A DNA stretch of 64,000 nt from Dehalococcoidia bacterium. Its GTDB lineage: Bacteria > Chloroflexota > Dehalococcoidia > Plut-88900. The translations under genes were made by a program, and so were the position numbers. The first letter of the stretch is position 1; every line of letters starts with the position of its first letter. Shown piece by piece: positions 49,243-59,476 of this stretch. The notes below the pieces were generated by a model that saw nothing but the letters and a program-made list of their open reading frames with translations, was not told the origin of the DNA and made no database searches. Where the stretch lies: the NCBI GenBank assembly GCA_965207225.1, contig CBDBLV010000002.1, positions 352,001-416,000 of the forward strand. Direction: 5' to 3'.

Positions 49243-50514
49243 ATGCGAAGTGACCCGTCTGTAAAGCAACTCTATGTGGCGGAGGTGAAAGCGCCCTCTT
49301 ATTTCCATGTGGAGAGTGAAGTCAGGGATCCGTTGCCTAACCCCGGTGGATTTGAAGTCAGTAAGGGATATTGGATAGTACGCCCACCTGACGAACAATC
49401 TGCAGTTGAAGGATATGCTAACCTGGCCCTCACCATCCTTTTCTCCAGTAAGACACTCAAAGATGCTGAAGATCATGCCTTGAAAGTAGGCAGGTTGTTT
49501 AGTGATCTAACGTCTGCCTTCGGTGGATACCCCCTCGGTCCGCCACGCCTCAGTAGAATTGCCTCGGTTGATTTATCCGAGAAGCTGCTAACACAGCACA
49601 ACTACAGCTACGACGACCGACTGCATGAATCTCTAGGTGGGACGTTTGCCCCAATTGTCCAGCACCGATATCTGAGATACCTCGAGGCCTTCTCTTCCAC
49701 CGATGGAGACACTAGATATCGGCTACAGTTGGCGCTGCATTGGTACGGAATTGCGGTTAGCGCCGATGATCCGATAGTCAGTTATGTGGCGGCATGGACA
49801 GGTCTTGAGTGTATAGGCCTCGTGATGGACTTGAGGTTCCATACCCAAGGATCCAAAGCGCCCTGCCGAACCTGTGGAAATGAGGCGGGTAAGGATAGAG
49901 ACCGGACAATGGCAGGGATAGAGCACGGTTTCAATTCCGAGACAATTGAACCGATAGAGGGTTTCTCACACGAGAAGGCTCATCAGCTACGCAACGATGT
50001 TGTGCATGGCTTGAGGCCGAGGGAATTACTTGTGCAAGACTGTTCAACATTTAGGCAATTCCTGATTGATTTACTAAATGCAACTATTTTGACGGCGCTC
50101 TCTCCCCCGGAGTACAGCCAAGAGCAATCTATAAGATCGATTATGGCGGGAGACTATGAGAATCGACCTTGCTCTCGGGCGTCAATCAAATTCAGAATTG
50201 GACAAGTGTCGCCTTATCTGGGGGAGTGGATTCAAGGCAATGTGCGTAGACAATCCAGAAGAGGCACTTATGGCGACGGGAAACCTGATTTGGAGATAAG
50301 CATCAATTCGGCTTGGGGCATGAATGAGGAGCAATGCGCCTTTGTAGAAGCTCGCAGCTACGAGGAGTTCAGAAGATCAGGATTTGGGGAATATCCCTTG
50401 CCAGACGGTAATAGCATGCCAGCGTTCATTCCATGGCAGGACAGACCATCGTGGCCCGCTTGGAAAAGCGTCTCCGGCAGATGGTGGGAGTCCGGGCAAG
50501 CACTACAAGTGTGA
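49243..50514 (+). CDS. HEPN-domain protein (ApeA/MauJ-like) with CxxC
   Basis: ALHWY...YVAAWTGLE helix, PCRTCG, and the RxxxxH motif LRNDVVHG. Confidence 0.7.
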   Translation: MRSDPSVKQLYVAEVKAPSYFHVESEVRDPLPNPGGFEVSKGYWIVRPPDEQSAVEGYANLALTILFSSKTLKDAEDHALKVGRLFSDLTSAFGGYPLGPPRLSRIASVDLSEKLLTQHNYSYDDRLHESLGGTFAPIVQHRYLRYLEAFSSTDGDTRYRLQLALHWYGIAVSADDPIVSYVAAWTGLECIGLVMDLRFHTQGSKAPCRTCGNEAGKDRDRTMAGIEHGFNSETIEPIEGFSHEKAHQLRNDVVHGLRPRELLVQDCSTFRQFLIDLLNATILTALSPPEYSQEQSIRSIMAGDYENRPCSRASIKFRIGQVSPYLGEWIQGNVRRQSRRGTYGDGKPDLEISINSAWGMNEEQCAFVEARSYEEFRRSGFGEYPLPDGNSMPAFIPWQDRPSWPAWKSVSGRWWESGQALQV

Positions 50515-53500
50515 CAGATAAGAGCGGCATGACCTCTGAAAGCACTGACATCCATCCCATAGCTAATGAGTCGACCACCGGCTCGATGCGAGAGCATCTT
50601 GTGGGGGCGCTGTCCCGTGTAATCGCCCAGGACATCCGTATAGCAACAGCCTACCTCACTCCCGATGGCTTCCTGGACCTGAGGCACGGTATGGAAGGCG
50701 CCGCCAGCGTTCGGCTGTTGCTGGGGGAGCGGCCCTTCATGAATCGGCGTGGCCCGGGCGATGTTCTTTCCCAACCCGGCGACCATGACGAGCTTCAAGG
50801 CCCAGCCGAGTCAATCGACTGGTACACATTTCTTGACGGCGGGTACCCCTGGTTGCTGCTCACCCACGAAGAACGTCGGGAGCTTCTATCCCGTGGCCTG
50901 ACTCCCGAAGCGGCAGCCTTCGACCTTTCCGCGTGGGAGCGGGTCACTAAGCTGGCCGAGTTTCTGAGAAGGGACAGCGTCGAGGTTAGGCGGTTCCTGG
51001 GGTCCGATAAGGGCAAGGTACTGCCCGAAGAGGTGCTGGATCATCGCTCGCCCAGAAACCGGCTTCACGCAAAGGCGTATCTCTTCTCCGGCGAGATGGG
51101 GCAATATGCCACCGTCGGCTCCAGCAACCTCACCAAGAGCGGCCTATCCGAAAACTCCGAGCTGAATCTCGCCTCCTACGACCACGATCTGACGGTGCAA
51201 CTGGAAGGCTGGTTCGACGAGAAATGGGAGCTTGGGCAGGACTGCAAAGCGCAGTTCATCCAGCGCCTAGAAGAATGTGTCCTGTTCGGGAGGCGCTACA
51301 CCCCGTGGCAGGTCATGCTCAAGTCTCTGCACGCTGCCTACGGCCGGTTCCTGGAGATGGGGCTGTCTGAAGAGGTCATGGGGAGGCTGGCCGGGTTCCA
51401 GCAGCAGGCCGTCCAACGTTGCGTGGCACTGCTGAGGCGCCACTGGGGAGCCATGCTGTGCGACTCAGTGGGCCTCGGCAAGACCTACGAAGGCTTGGGC
51501 ATCCTTCGGGAGTTCGCCAACCAGCGGAATGATGACCCGCAACGAGTGAGCACCTCGACGCGGGCGTTGATAGTCTGCCCCGCCCAGCTTCAGGATAATT
51601 GGAGCGCCGACAGGTTCGCCGAGTGGGGAATCATCGCCACCACAGTCACTATGGAGTCTCTGCCCAGCCTCGCAGACATCGAGGATGAACCATCACCCGT
51701 TCAACGGCAACGGCTCAGGTTCGAGTTGAAGCGTTACCAGGACCAGTACGATGTCATACTGGTAGACGAGTCTCACAACTTCCGCAACCCTAGGACGAAG
51801 CGCTATCGCGCCCTCATGGAGATCATCCGAGGAGGCAAGCCGGACACCAGGGTGGTGTTGATGACAGCCACGCCCATCAACAACTCCGTCTGGGACCTGT
51901 ACCACCAGCTCATGCTCATCACGAGGGGAGATGACACTTGGTATGCGGGGCGAGGGCCGATACCCAACCTGAAAGCGGCGTTTCAAGCCATTGAGAAAGG
52001 GGAGTCCGACTCCGGCCTACTTGACGCCATGATGCTGTCTCTAGTTCGCCGGACCCGACATGACATACGGTCCATGCAGGAGGCGGGAGAGACGATGGAG
52101 GTAAATGGGCAACCACTCCGGTTTCCGGAGCACGAGATACCGAAGGCGGTGGACTACAGCCTGCAAGGCCTGTACGGAAATATCTACCACGACATCATCG
52201 ACGCCATTGAGCACCTCAACTTCGCCGTCTACCGCCTGGATGAGTACGGTGTAGAGACAGGGGAGAAGGAGACCAGTGCACAACTGAGGCAACGCAATGC
52301 CAACTTCGTCGGCATCATGCGCACCATCCTCCTAAAGCGAATGGAGAGTTCTCTGGCTGCGCTCACATCCACGGTGAGAAGTCTTGTGGACTATCTCAAC
52401 CTCTTCCTGGGGAGGTTGGGACAAGATCGTGTCCTGACGCCCAAGCAAGCCTACAAGCTGAGGGGAGTGTTGGGAGGATCGTTGCCAGACCACGATCAGG
52501 ACATAGAGGACATGGACCCCAAGGCAGTGGCGGCATTGCAACAGGAGTTGGCCGCACCGGAGGACCTAGACCTTCGCGGGCGGTTGCAGGCCGACGTGGA
52601 GTTCGACAGGGAGAGGCTTCAGACGTTGCTCACTCGACTTCAGTGGCTGGAGGAGATGCTAGCAGAACAGGGGGACCCCAAGGCCCAGGCCGTCCGCAAG
52701 CTGCTCGAAGGGCTTCCGAAAGAGGACAACCACGGGCAACCCACCAAGGTGGCCTTGTTTACGACGTACAAGGACACCGCTCAACACCTCTTCAAGCAGT
52801 TTGGCGGAGAAGTGGATGCTTTGAAAAGCGCCGTACGCGTTAAGAGCAATCTGGAGGACGCACGGTGGATGTCGCTGCTCACTGGAGGAGACGACCAGAA
52901 TCGGCGGCGCTTGGTGCTTGAGCGCTTCGCACCACTGGCAGCCCATCGAGAGACCGAACCTCTGGACAACACAGCCTTGCTGAAGAAGATAGGACCTTTG
53001 AGAGCTCAGGGCATCGAACTGTTGATAGCTACGGATGTGCTTTCGGAGGGTCAGAACCTCCAAGATGCCCAGTTTCTGATCAACTACGACCTGCCTTGGA
53101 ATCCGGTAAGAATGATTCAGCGGGCCGGTCGCATCGATCGTCTGTTCTCCCCCCATGACAAGGTGTACATCTACAACCTGATGCCCGAGGATGGCTTGGA
53201 GGACCTGCTGAATCTGGTTCAGAATCTAACCAGGAAGATTGAGGCCATTGAGGACGCGGTTGCTCTAGACGCCTCGGTGCTCGGAGAGCAGATCGAGGCT
53301 AAGGAACTAGACAAGGTGATGAAGCTGCGCGCCGGCGGCGTCCAGGCAGATCAGGTATACCGCGAGGGAGAGCGCAGCCAGGGGCTGGACGAGGGAGCGG
53401 AACTGCTGAATAGGTACCTGGACATGATGAAAGAGTTCGCCACAGAGGATGTGAAGGATATTCCAAACGGGGTATACAGTGTGAAGAAGGGCATGGTCAA

Positions 53501-54110
53501 CGGAGTCTACATCATGCTGAAAATGCCCGAAGAAGCATCGGGCGAAGTGTTCTGGCGATTTTACCCCGTGGGCAATGTGGCGCAGCCGATGACGTCGCCA
53601 AACGATGTCCTATCGATTGTGGAGGCCAGCAGAGACGAACACCGCTTCGAGATCCCGTCTGATGATAACCCATTCAAGAACTTGACCGAACCCCTGAAAG
53701 CCGCCGTCGACCAGATCGGCAGAGCATACTTGGACGCCATATCCGCAGTAACTTCTGACAGCTTCACGAAGCGCATCAGGCAGTTCCTCAATCGTGATGA
53801 TCTACTGCAATCTCAACCTGATTTGTTCAAATTCTTCAACGACTGGGTTGAGATGCCATTGCCTTCTGACGCAACCAGGCGGGTAGGAATGAGAGATCCT
53901 GTTCGAGTCATGAACCAGCTTACGCCAACTCGCGCAGAGTTGGGCCAAGTGGTTCAAGCACTGATTCCCCTTCGAGAAGCTATCAGGGCTGAGGGTCTTG
54001 ACCGCCCTATCGCACGACCCGAGACCAAGAAGCCATCGGTAGAGGACTTGGAGCTAGTGGCGTGGGAGCTTGTAGTCGGGCCGGACGGCTTGTCGGCGGA
54101 GCCTAGATGA
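50511..54110 (+). CDS. PLD-nuclease-fused SNF2-family helicase
   Basis: IATAY, LHAKAY...GSSNLT..GL..NSELN (PLD), DSVGLGKT, VDESHNFRN, TATPINN, TDVLSEGQNLQ, NYDLPWNP.RMIQRAGRIDR. The GTG start overlaps the HEPN stop (alternative ATG at 50529). Confidence 0.9.
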   Translation: MTDKSGMTSESTDIHPIANESTTGSMREHLVGALSRVIAQDIRIATAYLTPDGFLDLRHGMEGAASVRLLLGERPFMNRRGPGDVLSQPGDHDELQGPAESIDWYTFLDGGYPWLLLTHEERRELLSRGLTPEAAAFDLSAWERVTKLAEFLRRDSVEVRRFLGSDKGKVLPEEVLDHRSPRNRLHAKAYLFSGEMGQYATVGSSNLTKSGLSENSELNLASYDHDLTVQLEGWFDEKWELGQDCKAQFIQRLEECVLFGRRYTPWQVMLKSLHAAYGRFLEMGLSEEVMGRLAGFQQQAVQRCVALLRRHWGAMLCDSVGLGKTYEGLGILREFANQRNDDPQRVSTSTRALIVCPAQLQDNWSADRFAEWGIIATTVTMESLPSLADIEDEPSPVQRQRLRFELKRYQDQYDVILVDESHNFRNPRTKRYRALMEIIRGGKPDTRVVLMTATPINNSVWDLYHQLMLITRGDDTWYAGRGPIPNLKAAFQAIEKGESDSGLLDAMMLSLVRRTRHDIRSMQEAGETMEVNGQPLRFPEHEIPKAVDYSLQGLYGNIYHDIIDAIEHLNFAVYRLDEYGVETGEKETSAQLRQRNANFVGIMRTILLKRMESSLAALTSTVRSLVDYLNLFLGRLGQDRVLTPKQAYKLRGVLGGSLPDHDQDIEDMDPKAVAALQQELAAPEDLDLRGRLQADVEFDRERLQTLLTRLQWLEEMLAEQGDPKAQAVRKLLEGLPKEDNHGQPTKVALFTTYKDTAQHLFKQFGGEVDALKSAVRVKSNLEDARWMSLLTGGDDQNRRRLVLERFAPLAAHRETEPLDNTALLKKIGPLRAQGIELLIATDVLSEGQNLQDAQFLINYDLPWNPVRMIQRAGRIDRLFSPHDKVYIYNLMPEDGLEDLLNLVQNLTRKIEAIEDAVALDASVLGEQIEAKELDKVMKLRAGGVQADQVYREGERSQGLDEGAELLNRYLDMMKEFATEDVKDIPNGVYSVKKGMVNGVYIMLKMPEEASGEVFWRFYPVGNVAQPMTSPNDVLSIVEASRDEHRFEIPSDDNPFKNLTEPLKAAVDQIGRAYLDAISAVTSDSFTKRIRQFLNRDDLLQSQPDLFKFFNDWVEMPLPSDATRRVGMRDPVRVMNQLTPTRAELGQVVQALIPLREAIRAEGLDRPIARPETKKPSVEDLELVAWELVVGPDGLSAEPR

Positions 54111-55129
54111 GGCAATGGAGTCCCGGACGCCGAACGGAGGCTATTCCCGAAAAGGCCTGGGACCCTGTGCAGTGGGAGAATGACCTTCCCTTTAGAATCC
54201 TGTCGATTGATGGTGGTGGCATAAGGGGAATCTTTCCGGCGGCAGTCCTTACCTACCTGGAGCAGGAGCGCCTCCAGGGTAAGAGCATTGGAGACTACTT
54301 CGACCTGATTGCCGGCACGTCGACGGGCGGCATTCTCGCCTTGGGATTGGGCGCGGGGTTAACCGCTGGCGAGATTCTTCAAATGTACCTTGAGGAGGGA
54401 CATCGAGTGTTCCCCTCGGGAGGTAGAGGGCCAATAGGCAGGGCCAGGAGGTTGGTCTCGGCCCAGTACGACCGTAGGCACCTCGATGAACTGCTATCTC
54501 AGAGGCTTGGCAACAAGACGCTGAGAGGGTCAAAGTACCGCCTTCTGATTCCTTCGACGGAGGGGCGTAACGGAGGGGTCTATGTCTTCAAGACCCCGCA
54601 TCACCCGGGCTATATCCTTGACGGCGATGAGCGGATGAGTGCGGTGGCAGCTGCGACGTCCGCGGCGCCAACCTACTTTACCTCCTTCGAGCAAGGCGGA
54701 TACACGTTTCTCGACGGTGGCATCTGGGCCAACAATCCCACGATGATCGCACTGGTGGAGGCCCTCTCCCGCTTCACTACGCTGCGTGAAGACATCAGGG
54801 TATTCAGCATCGGCTGCGGCCAGAAGCCGTTTCAGGTCACCGAAGGACAGGCCAGGAACTCAGGCATGGTGCATTGGCGGAGCATCATAGACGTGGCTAT
54901 GCACCTTCAATCGGTCACAGCGTTGAACCAAGCTGGCCTGCTGATTGGGAGGGAGCATGTAACCAGGCTGGATCGACCTGACGGAAGCAGGCCCATCGAT
55001 CTGGACGATTGGAAGAAAGCAAAGGATTTTCTGCCCGTTGAAGCCCAGGAGGTCGTTCGCGATAGTGCAAGCCATTTGGCGCAGACCTTCCTAACCCACC
55101 CTGCCCTGCCGTTCACTCCGCTGGCCTAA
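54107..55129 (+). CDS. CBASS patatin-like phospholipase effector (CapV-like)
   Basis: ILSIDGGGIRG, GTSTG, SAAPTYF, DGGIWANNP; adjacent to the CD-NTase; ATGA overlap with the helicase. Confidence 0.88.
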   Translation: MRQWSPGRRTEAIPEKAWDPVQWENDLPFRILSIDGGGIRGIFPAAVLTYLEQERLQGKSIGDYFDLIAGTSTGGILALGLGAGLTAGEILQMYLEEGHRVFPSGGRGPIGRARRLVSAQYDRRHLDELLSQRLGNKTLRGSKYRLLIPSTEGRNGGVYVFKTPHHPGYILDGDERMSAVAAATSAAPTYFTSFEQGGYTFLDGGIWANNPTMIALVEALSRFTTLREDIRVFSIGCGQKPFQVTEGQARNSGMVHWRSIIDVAMHLQSVTALNQAGLLIGREHVTRLDRPDGSRPIDLDDWKKAKDFLPVEAQEVVRDSASHLAQTFLTHPALPFTPLA

Positions 55130-55146
55130 TCTCCATAGGGCGCTTG

Positions 55147-56028
55147 ATGAAGCTAAATCGTCTGTTCAGAGAGTTCCTTCGGGATGAAGTCAACCCCAAC
55201 AGGGATAGGCTTGGCAGGCTATATGTTGGTATAAGAGGTGTGAAGCGCCACCTTGAGACGAATTTGAAGGGATACCAGAGAATCGACCGGCAGGGGTCGC
55301 TTGGCTTAGACACACTCATCAAGCCCGTCCGAGACGATGATGAATATGACGCCGATATCCAAGTCGTAATAGACCCTACGCCCGACTGGGAGCCCAGAGA
55401 TTACTTCCAAGCACTTAGCGAAACACTGGCCCAGAACGGTAACTACACAGACAAGATTCGCCTAGGGACCCGCTGCGTCACCCTGGAATTCGCTAGTAAC
55501 TTTCACCTCGACATGGTCCCCAGGATCACCAAAGATGGTACCCACCTCATCTGCAATCGGGCGACGAACTGCTTTGAACCGACTGATGGAACGGGATTCC
55601 GAGACTGGTTCAGCGATAAAAGCCGTATTACCAAGGTTAATTTGAAGCGGGTCGTGAGATTGCTAAAGTACCTCAGGGACCGCCAGGACAACTACGTTGC
55701 AAAGTCCATCCTACTCACCACACTGGCCGGGAACACCATACGATCTTCTGACCGGGGAAAAGAGTCTGTGAGGACTGTGGCGAATACTCTGACTACGGTC
55801 CTGACTAGGATGGATCGCTATTTGCAAAAGAACCCGACAATGCCGCGAATTGAGAACCCTGCCTTATCATCGGAAGACTTCAACAGGCACTGGGACCAAG
55901 ACAGATATAGCTACTTCAGAAATCGTGTTCACTCCCACACTGCGATAGCTCAGAAAGCCCTGGCTTCGCCGACAATCGAGGACTCGATAAGGCTCTGGAG
56001 AAGGCTGTTCGGCGAGGTCTTCGGCTAG
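55147..56028 (+). CDS. cGAS/DncV-like nucleotidyltransferase (CD-NTase, SMODS domain)
   Basis: QGS..LDTLIKP, EYDAD, RCVT, FHLDMVP, VRLLKYLRD, KSILLTTL, NPA...EDFN..W, WRRLFG. Confidence 0.88.
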   Translation: MKLNRLFREFLRDEVNPNRDRLGRLYVGIRGVKRHLETNLKGYQRIDRQGSLGLDTLIKPVRDDDEYDADIQVVIDPTPDWEPRDYFQALSETLAQNGNYTDKIRLGTRCVTLEFASNFHLDMVPRITKDGTHLICNRATNCFEPTDGTGFRDWFSDKSRITKVNLKRVVRLLKYLRDRQDNYVAKSILLTTLAGNTIRSSDRGKESVRTVANTLTTVLTRMDRYLQKNPTMPRIENPALSSEDFNRHWDQDRYSYFRNRVHSHTAIAQKALASPTIEDSIRLWRRLFGEVFG

Positions 56029-56707
56029 AGGTGGATTAGCTGAGGTTCAAAGCCACCCTAGAGCTGACTTTGGACGACCCCTAAGACAGAAACTCAATGG
56101 GGCAGGGGAAACACTTACTACCGTCTAACCAGAGATGCCACCTAACGTCCCAAGCTGTCGGAGAAGTCGCGTGGGTGCTCAGATGCGATACTCCCCCACA
56201 CTTCGGTCGGGCCTATCCAATGTTCAAAAAGTAACTTGTCCTGCCCATCCCTACGTAGGACGCAGCGGTCAGCTTCTAACGACTAGCAGCCTCAATATTC
56301 CGCACCGCCGACGGCCTCCCCTACCGTGTGGTGTTTCAGCACAGGAGGGGCTTCAAGGCTACAGTCACCATTCAAGACAGCCTCAGCTTGGGCATCGTGC
56401 GACAGGGACCAGTCTTACAGAACCAGTCTCTTCGCAACTAACAAAGGGGCAGCCGCAGTATTACCGCAGACACCTAATCTAACGACGCTTCCTGGCAATG
56501 GATGGTTTGATGCATCCACCTTAGGTCTCGGAACACCATGATCTTAGACCACATTCCAACCTCAGTGGTCACACTATGAAGAGCACTTTTAGCTAATTGT
56601 GCTGTCTTGCCTCAAGAATCACTTGCCGCGTTGCATAGAAAACCCTTCCTTGCACCCAACTGCTCAATCACAATGAAATGGAGAGCCACTGTGATCAAGG
56701 ATAGTGA

Positions 56708-58759
56708 ATGACAGCCACGACAAAGGCGAAGCCAAAACAGAGAGCAGGGTCAACAAGCGACCCTGCGTTACCCCTTGCCATTCAATCCTACGTCCGAACC
56801 TACGCCAGGTGCTACGGACTCAAGCAAACCGCCCACGACCTTGGAGTATCCCGCCATACTCTCTGGCGTTTCTTGAACCAGAATCACATGGGCCGGTCCA
56901 TACCCCGTGCTGTCCTACGATCTGTGGGACACACAGCAGAAACCCTGAGAATCGCCAGCTTGATTCTGACTTACAAAGCCAAGCAAAGAGGACCAGACAG
57001 CGTAGAACGTTCCCTCCCCGAGACCCTCGAAAACACGCTTATAGACCTTTGTGCTGCTCCCCTAACCACTGTCCAAGAACTCTCGTCTCTGGTTCGGATA
57101 CCCATCACCACCCTGAAAGACCAACTCCGCAATCTTGCCAACCAGGGTCTCGTGGATTCTGTGCCCCATCGACTGAGTTTGCTTGGAACCAGGCCTCGGC
57201 ACCGTTACTTCCCTACGGAGAATGGCATCATCGCCGGCGCCGTCACCCAAGGACTAGATCACTTTCTGGGGCTCTATCCCGTCTCCCGCCAGTGGTTCCG
57301 GCTTCTTTCCGAGCGGCTGGACTCCATTGCCGTTCTCTACCAAGTTGCCGCCATGATCGCCGACATCGACAATCACAACAAGCCTGTTCGAGTCGATCTA
57401 TATCGCCAGGGCCCCTACGACATGCTCATCACCCTCTACGGCGGGCGGTCCGTGGGCGTTATGCGCCAAGGCCCGACTCTCCCTTCTTCCAACCTCCGTT
57501 TTCGCGTCAGGAGTATGGAACAACTGCATTACAGCAGGAAACCCACCGTAACTCTCATACTCACCTTCTCCGGCCCGGCAACCCGCCGAGCCATCCGTAC
57601 CCTTGGGGACCCCTGGGAGCACCGCACCACCTTCGTAGCAACTGAGGGAGAACTACTAGCCGGAGACTCTTGGTCCCTTGTCTGGCAGCAGTGTGGAGAC
57701 GGTAGGGACCTAAATCCCCCGACGAAGATAGAACCCGAGGTGAGCCTCCGGACCATACTCGCCTGGACCGAACGGCTTGTCGGCGCCTCCCGCACCGACC
57801 AAACCGAGGAACGTATGCCCGATCCCGATGCCCTCTATTCCTCCGACGTCCGTATTGACATGCCCGAACCGACGGGCCAGTTGAAAGAGTCTCTTTCAAT
57901 CCAGCTGACCGGCGCCGAGAAAGAAATGCTCGACCTGCTTGCAGCCTCGCCCCTGTCCACCCGGAAGCAGCTCGCCGGGCTGATGGGAGGAGTCACCACT
58001 CATCGATCAGGACAGATAGTTCGCTCTCTTACGAAACGTTACCTGGTATCGACCCACGGCGCCCACCACTTTCTCACCGACGAGGGCATCACCTGCCTTG
58101 CACGTAGGGATCGTGCCGCGGTGGGGCCCCTTCTCGACCACTGGACCGCAGAGACTGGATACCATCCCGTGAGTCTCGACGCCCACCCGGAGCCCATCTA
58201 CCCCGGGAGCACCTTGCGCACCATCATCTCCCAGTTGGAACACCACAACGGCATCACTGACTTTGCCGCCGCCTTGATGGCCGAGGCAGCCCTTTCCCCG
58301 GACTACGAGGTGTTGGATCTGCTGCCGACATCCCGCTCGACCATCGGGTACTGGTACTCGTGGACAAACTACGTGCTACACCCGGATGCCTCTTTCACCC
58401 TAGCTTACAAAGGCAGATGGGTTCCATGTTTGCTGGAGTTCGAGAGGAGGGCCACGACACCAAAGCGTATCCCGGCCCGCTTGGAGTCCTACCGACGGTA
58501 TTTCCAGAGCGGCTGGGCAGAAAGGGACCACGGGGGCCAACCGCCCCTGGTCCTGTTCGTCTTCGAGACCCGGCATGACGAAAACACCTTCCTGAGAGTT
58601 GTTTCCAAACTGGAGTCGGCGCCCATCTTCACCACCAATGTCCAGACTCTAGATGAAAGAGGAGTGTTAGGTCAGTCATGGAGGACGCCCCTGTCCCATC
58701 TCTCGACCCGATTGACACTGAAATCGCTTACCGCCACAGATGTCCCATTGTCCCACTAA
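56708..58759 (+). CDS. Replication-relaxation (Replic_Relax)-like protein with N-terminal HTH
   Basis: HTH (KQTAHDLGVSRHTLWRFL), two wHTH-like segments, LEHHNGI, LHPDASF, LLEFERRATTP, YRRYF. Confidence 0.65.
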   Translation: MTATTKAKPKQRAGSTSDPALPLAIQSYVRTYARCYGLKQTAHDLGVSRHTLWRFLNQNHMGRSIPRAVLRSVGHTAETLRIASLILTYKAKQRGPDSVERSLPETLENTLIDLCAAPLTTVQELSSLVRIPITTLKDQLRNLANQGLVDSVPHRLSLLGTRPRHRYFPTENGIIAGAVTQGLDHFLGLYPVSRQWFRLLSERLDSIAVLYQVAAMIADIDNHNKPVRVDLYRQGPYDMLITLYGGRSVGVMRQGPTLPSSNLRFRVRSMEQLHYSRKPTVTLILTFSGPATRRAIRTLGDPWEHRTTFVATEGELLAGDSWSLVWQQCGDGRDLNPPTKIEPEVSLRTILAWTERLVGASRTDQTEERMPDPDALYSSDVRIDMPEPTGQLKESLSIQLTGAEKEMLDLLAASPLSTRKQLAGLMGGVTTHRSGQIVRSLTKRYLVSTHGAHHFLTDEGITCLARRDRAAVGPLLDHWTAETGYHPVSLDAHPEPIYPGSTLRTIISQLEHHNGITDFAAALMAEAALSPDYEVLDLLPTSRSTIGYWYSWTNYVLHPDASFTLAYKGRWVPCLLEFERRATTPKRIPARLESYRRYFQSGWAERDHGGQPPLVLFVFETRHDENTFLRVVSKLESAPIFTTNVQTLDERGVLGQSWRTPLSHLSTRLTLKSLTATDVPLSH

Positions 58760-58930
58760 CACCGTCCCAGGGACTTCCTGTAGGGGGGACACCAGCATAG
58801 CTGGACAGGACATCGATTCCTTGTCTGACCCCACCACGGGGAATTGGGGGCATTTGTTGCAGAACTAACTAGCTAGGAAGCCATCAGACGAGGATCAAGA
58901 CCAAGTCCCGCAGGGCTTGCATAAGACGAA

Positions 58931-58951
58931 TTGACGTGTCTAACACGTCAA
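58931..58951. promoter_or_regulatory. Palindromic operator-like site upstream of the Xis-like gene
   Basis: TTGACGTGT-cta-ACACGTCAA; the left arm doubles as a -35-like TTGACG. Confidence 0.5.
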
Positions 58952-59001
58952 ACGTGACGTGAGTGAGACAGCTTAGCGGCACATCCGGTAGGGAACCACA
59001 G

Positions 59002-59190
59002 ATGAGATTGCTGACTAAAGGCGAGGCATGCAGGGAGCTGGGGATGTCTCTGTCCACCCTTGACAGGCGGATCTCCACGGGTGACCTCATGGTCCGGCGA
59101 GAACCGCGTGGCCGGCGACACAAGGTCTTCGTTGTGAATGATGACGGCCCTCACGACACAGACATCGCCACTATGTTTAATCATCTATAA
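59002..59190 (+). CDS. Excisionase-like HTH protein (possibly truncated)
   Basis: MRLLTKGEACRELGMSLSTLDRRISTGDL fits the Xis/HTH_17 pattern. Confidence 0.65.
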   Translation: MRLLTKGEACRELGMSLSTLDRRISTGDLMVRREPRGRRHKVFVVNDDGPHDTDIATMFNHL

Positions 59191-59476
59191 TCGGTTACGT
59201 GAAGCTCTTCTCCGCAGGACTCCAAATCTGTCCACAGGGACAAGTTATACGTGTCTCCTTCATTGCGACTACCAGGGGAGACATTTAGCACACGGTACGA
59301 GTAGGCCCACCACCGCTTACGGTAGATACCGCCATCTTCGAGATGCGGCTCGGTAGCCTGTCGGCGCACCGAGGGCTTGCGATTCCTGTAGTTTGATGCA
59401 TCGGACAGAGGGACGGCAGGAGTGTCACACCGGGGCCTGAGTGGACGGTAGAACCCTCCGGGTTCATCGCTACCTC

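Noticed and set aside
56029-56700. Ancillary CBASS gene or ncRNA after the CD-NTase (ORF 56135-56482)
   Set aside because: No recognisable motif, RBS or stable repeat structure was seen.
59405-59476. Extra degenerate CRISPR repeats (GGGACGGC at 59410, GGTTCATC at 59461)
   Set aside because: The fragments are short and off the 61-bp period; they may be relics but cannot be supported.
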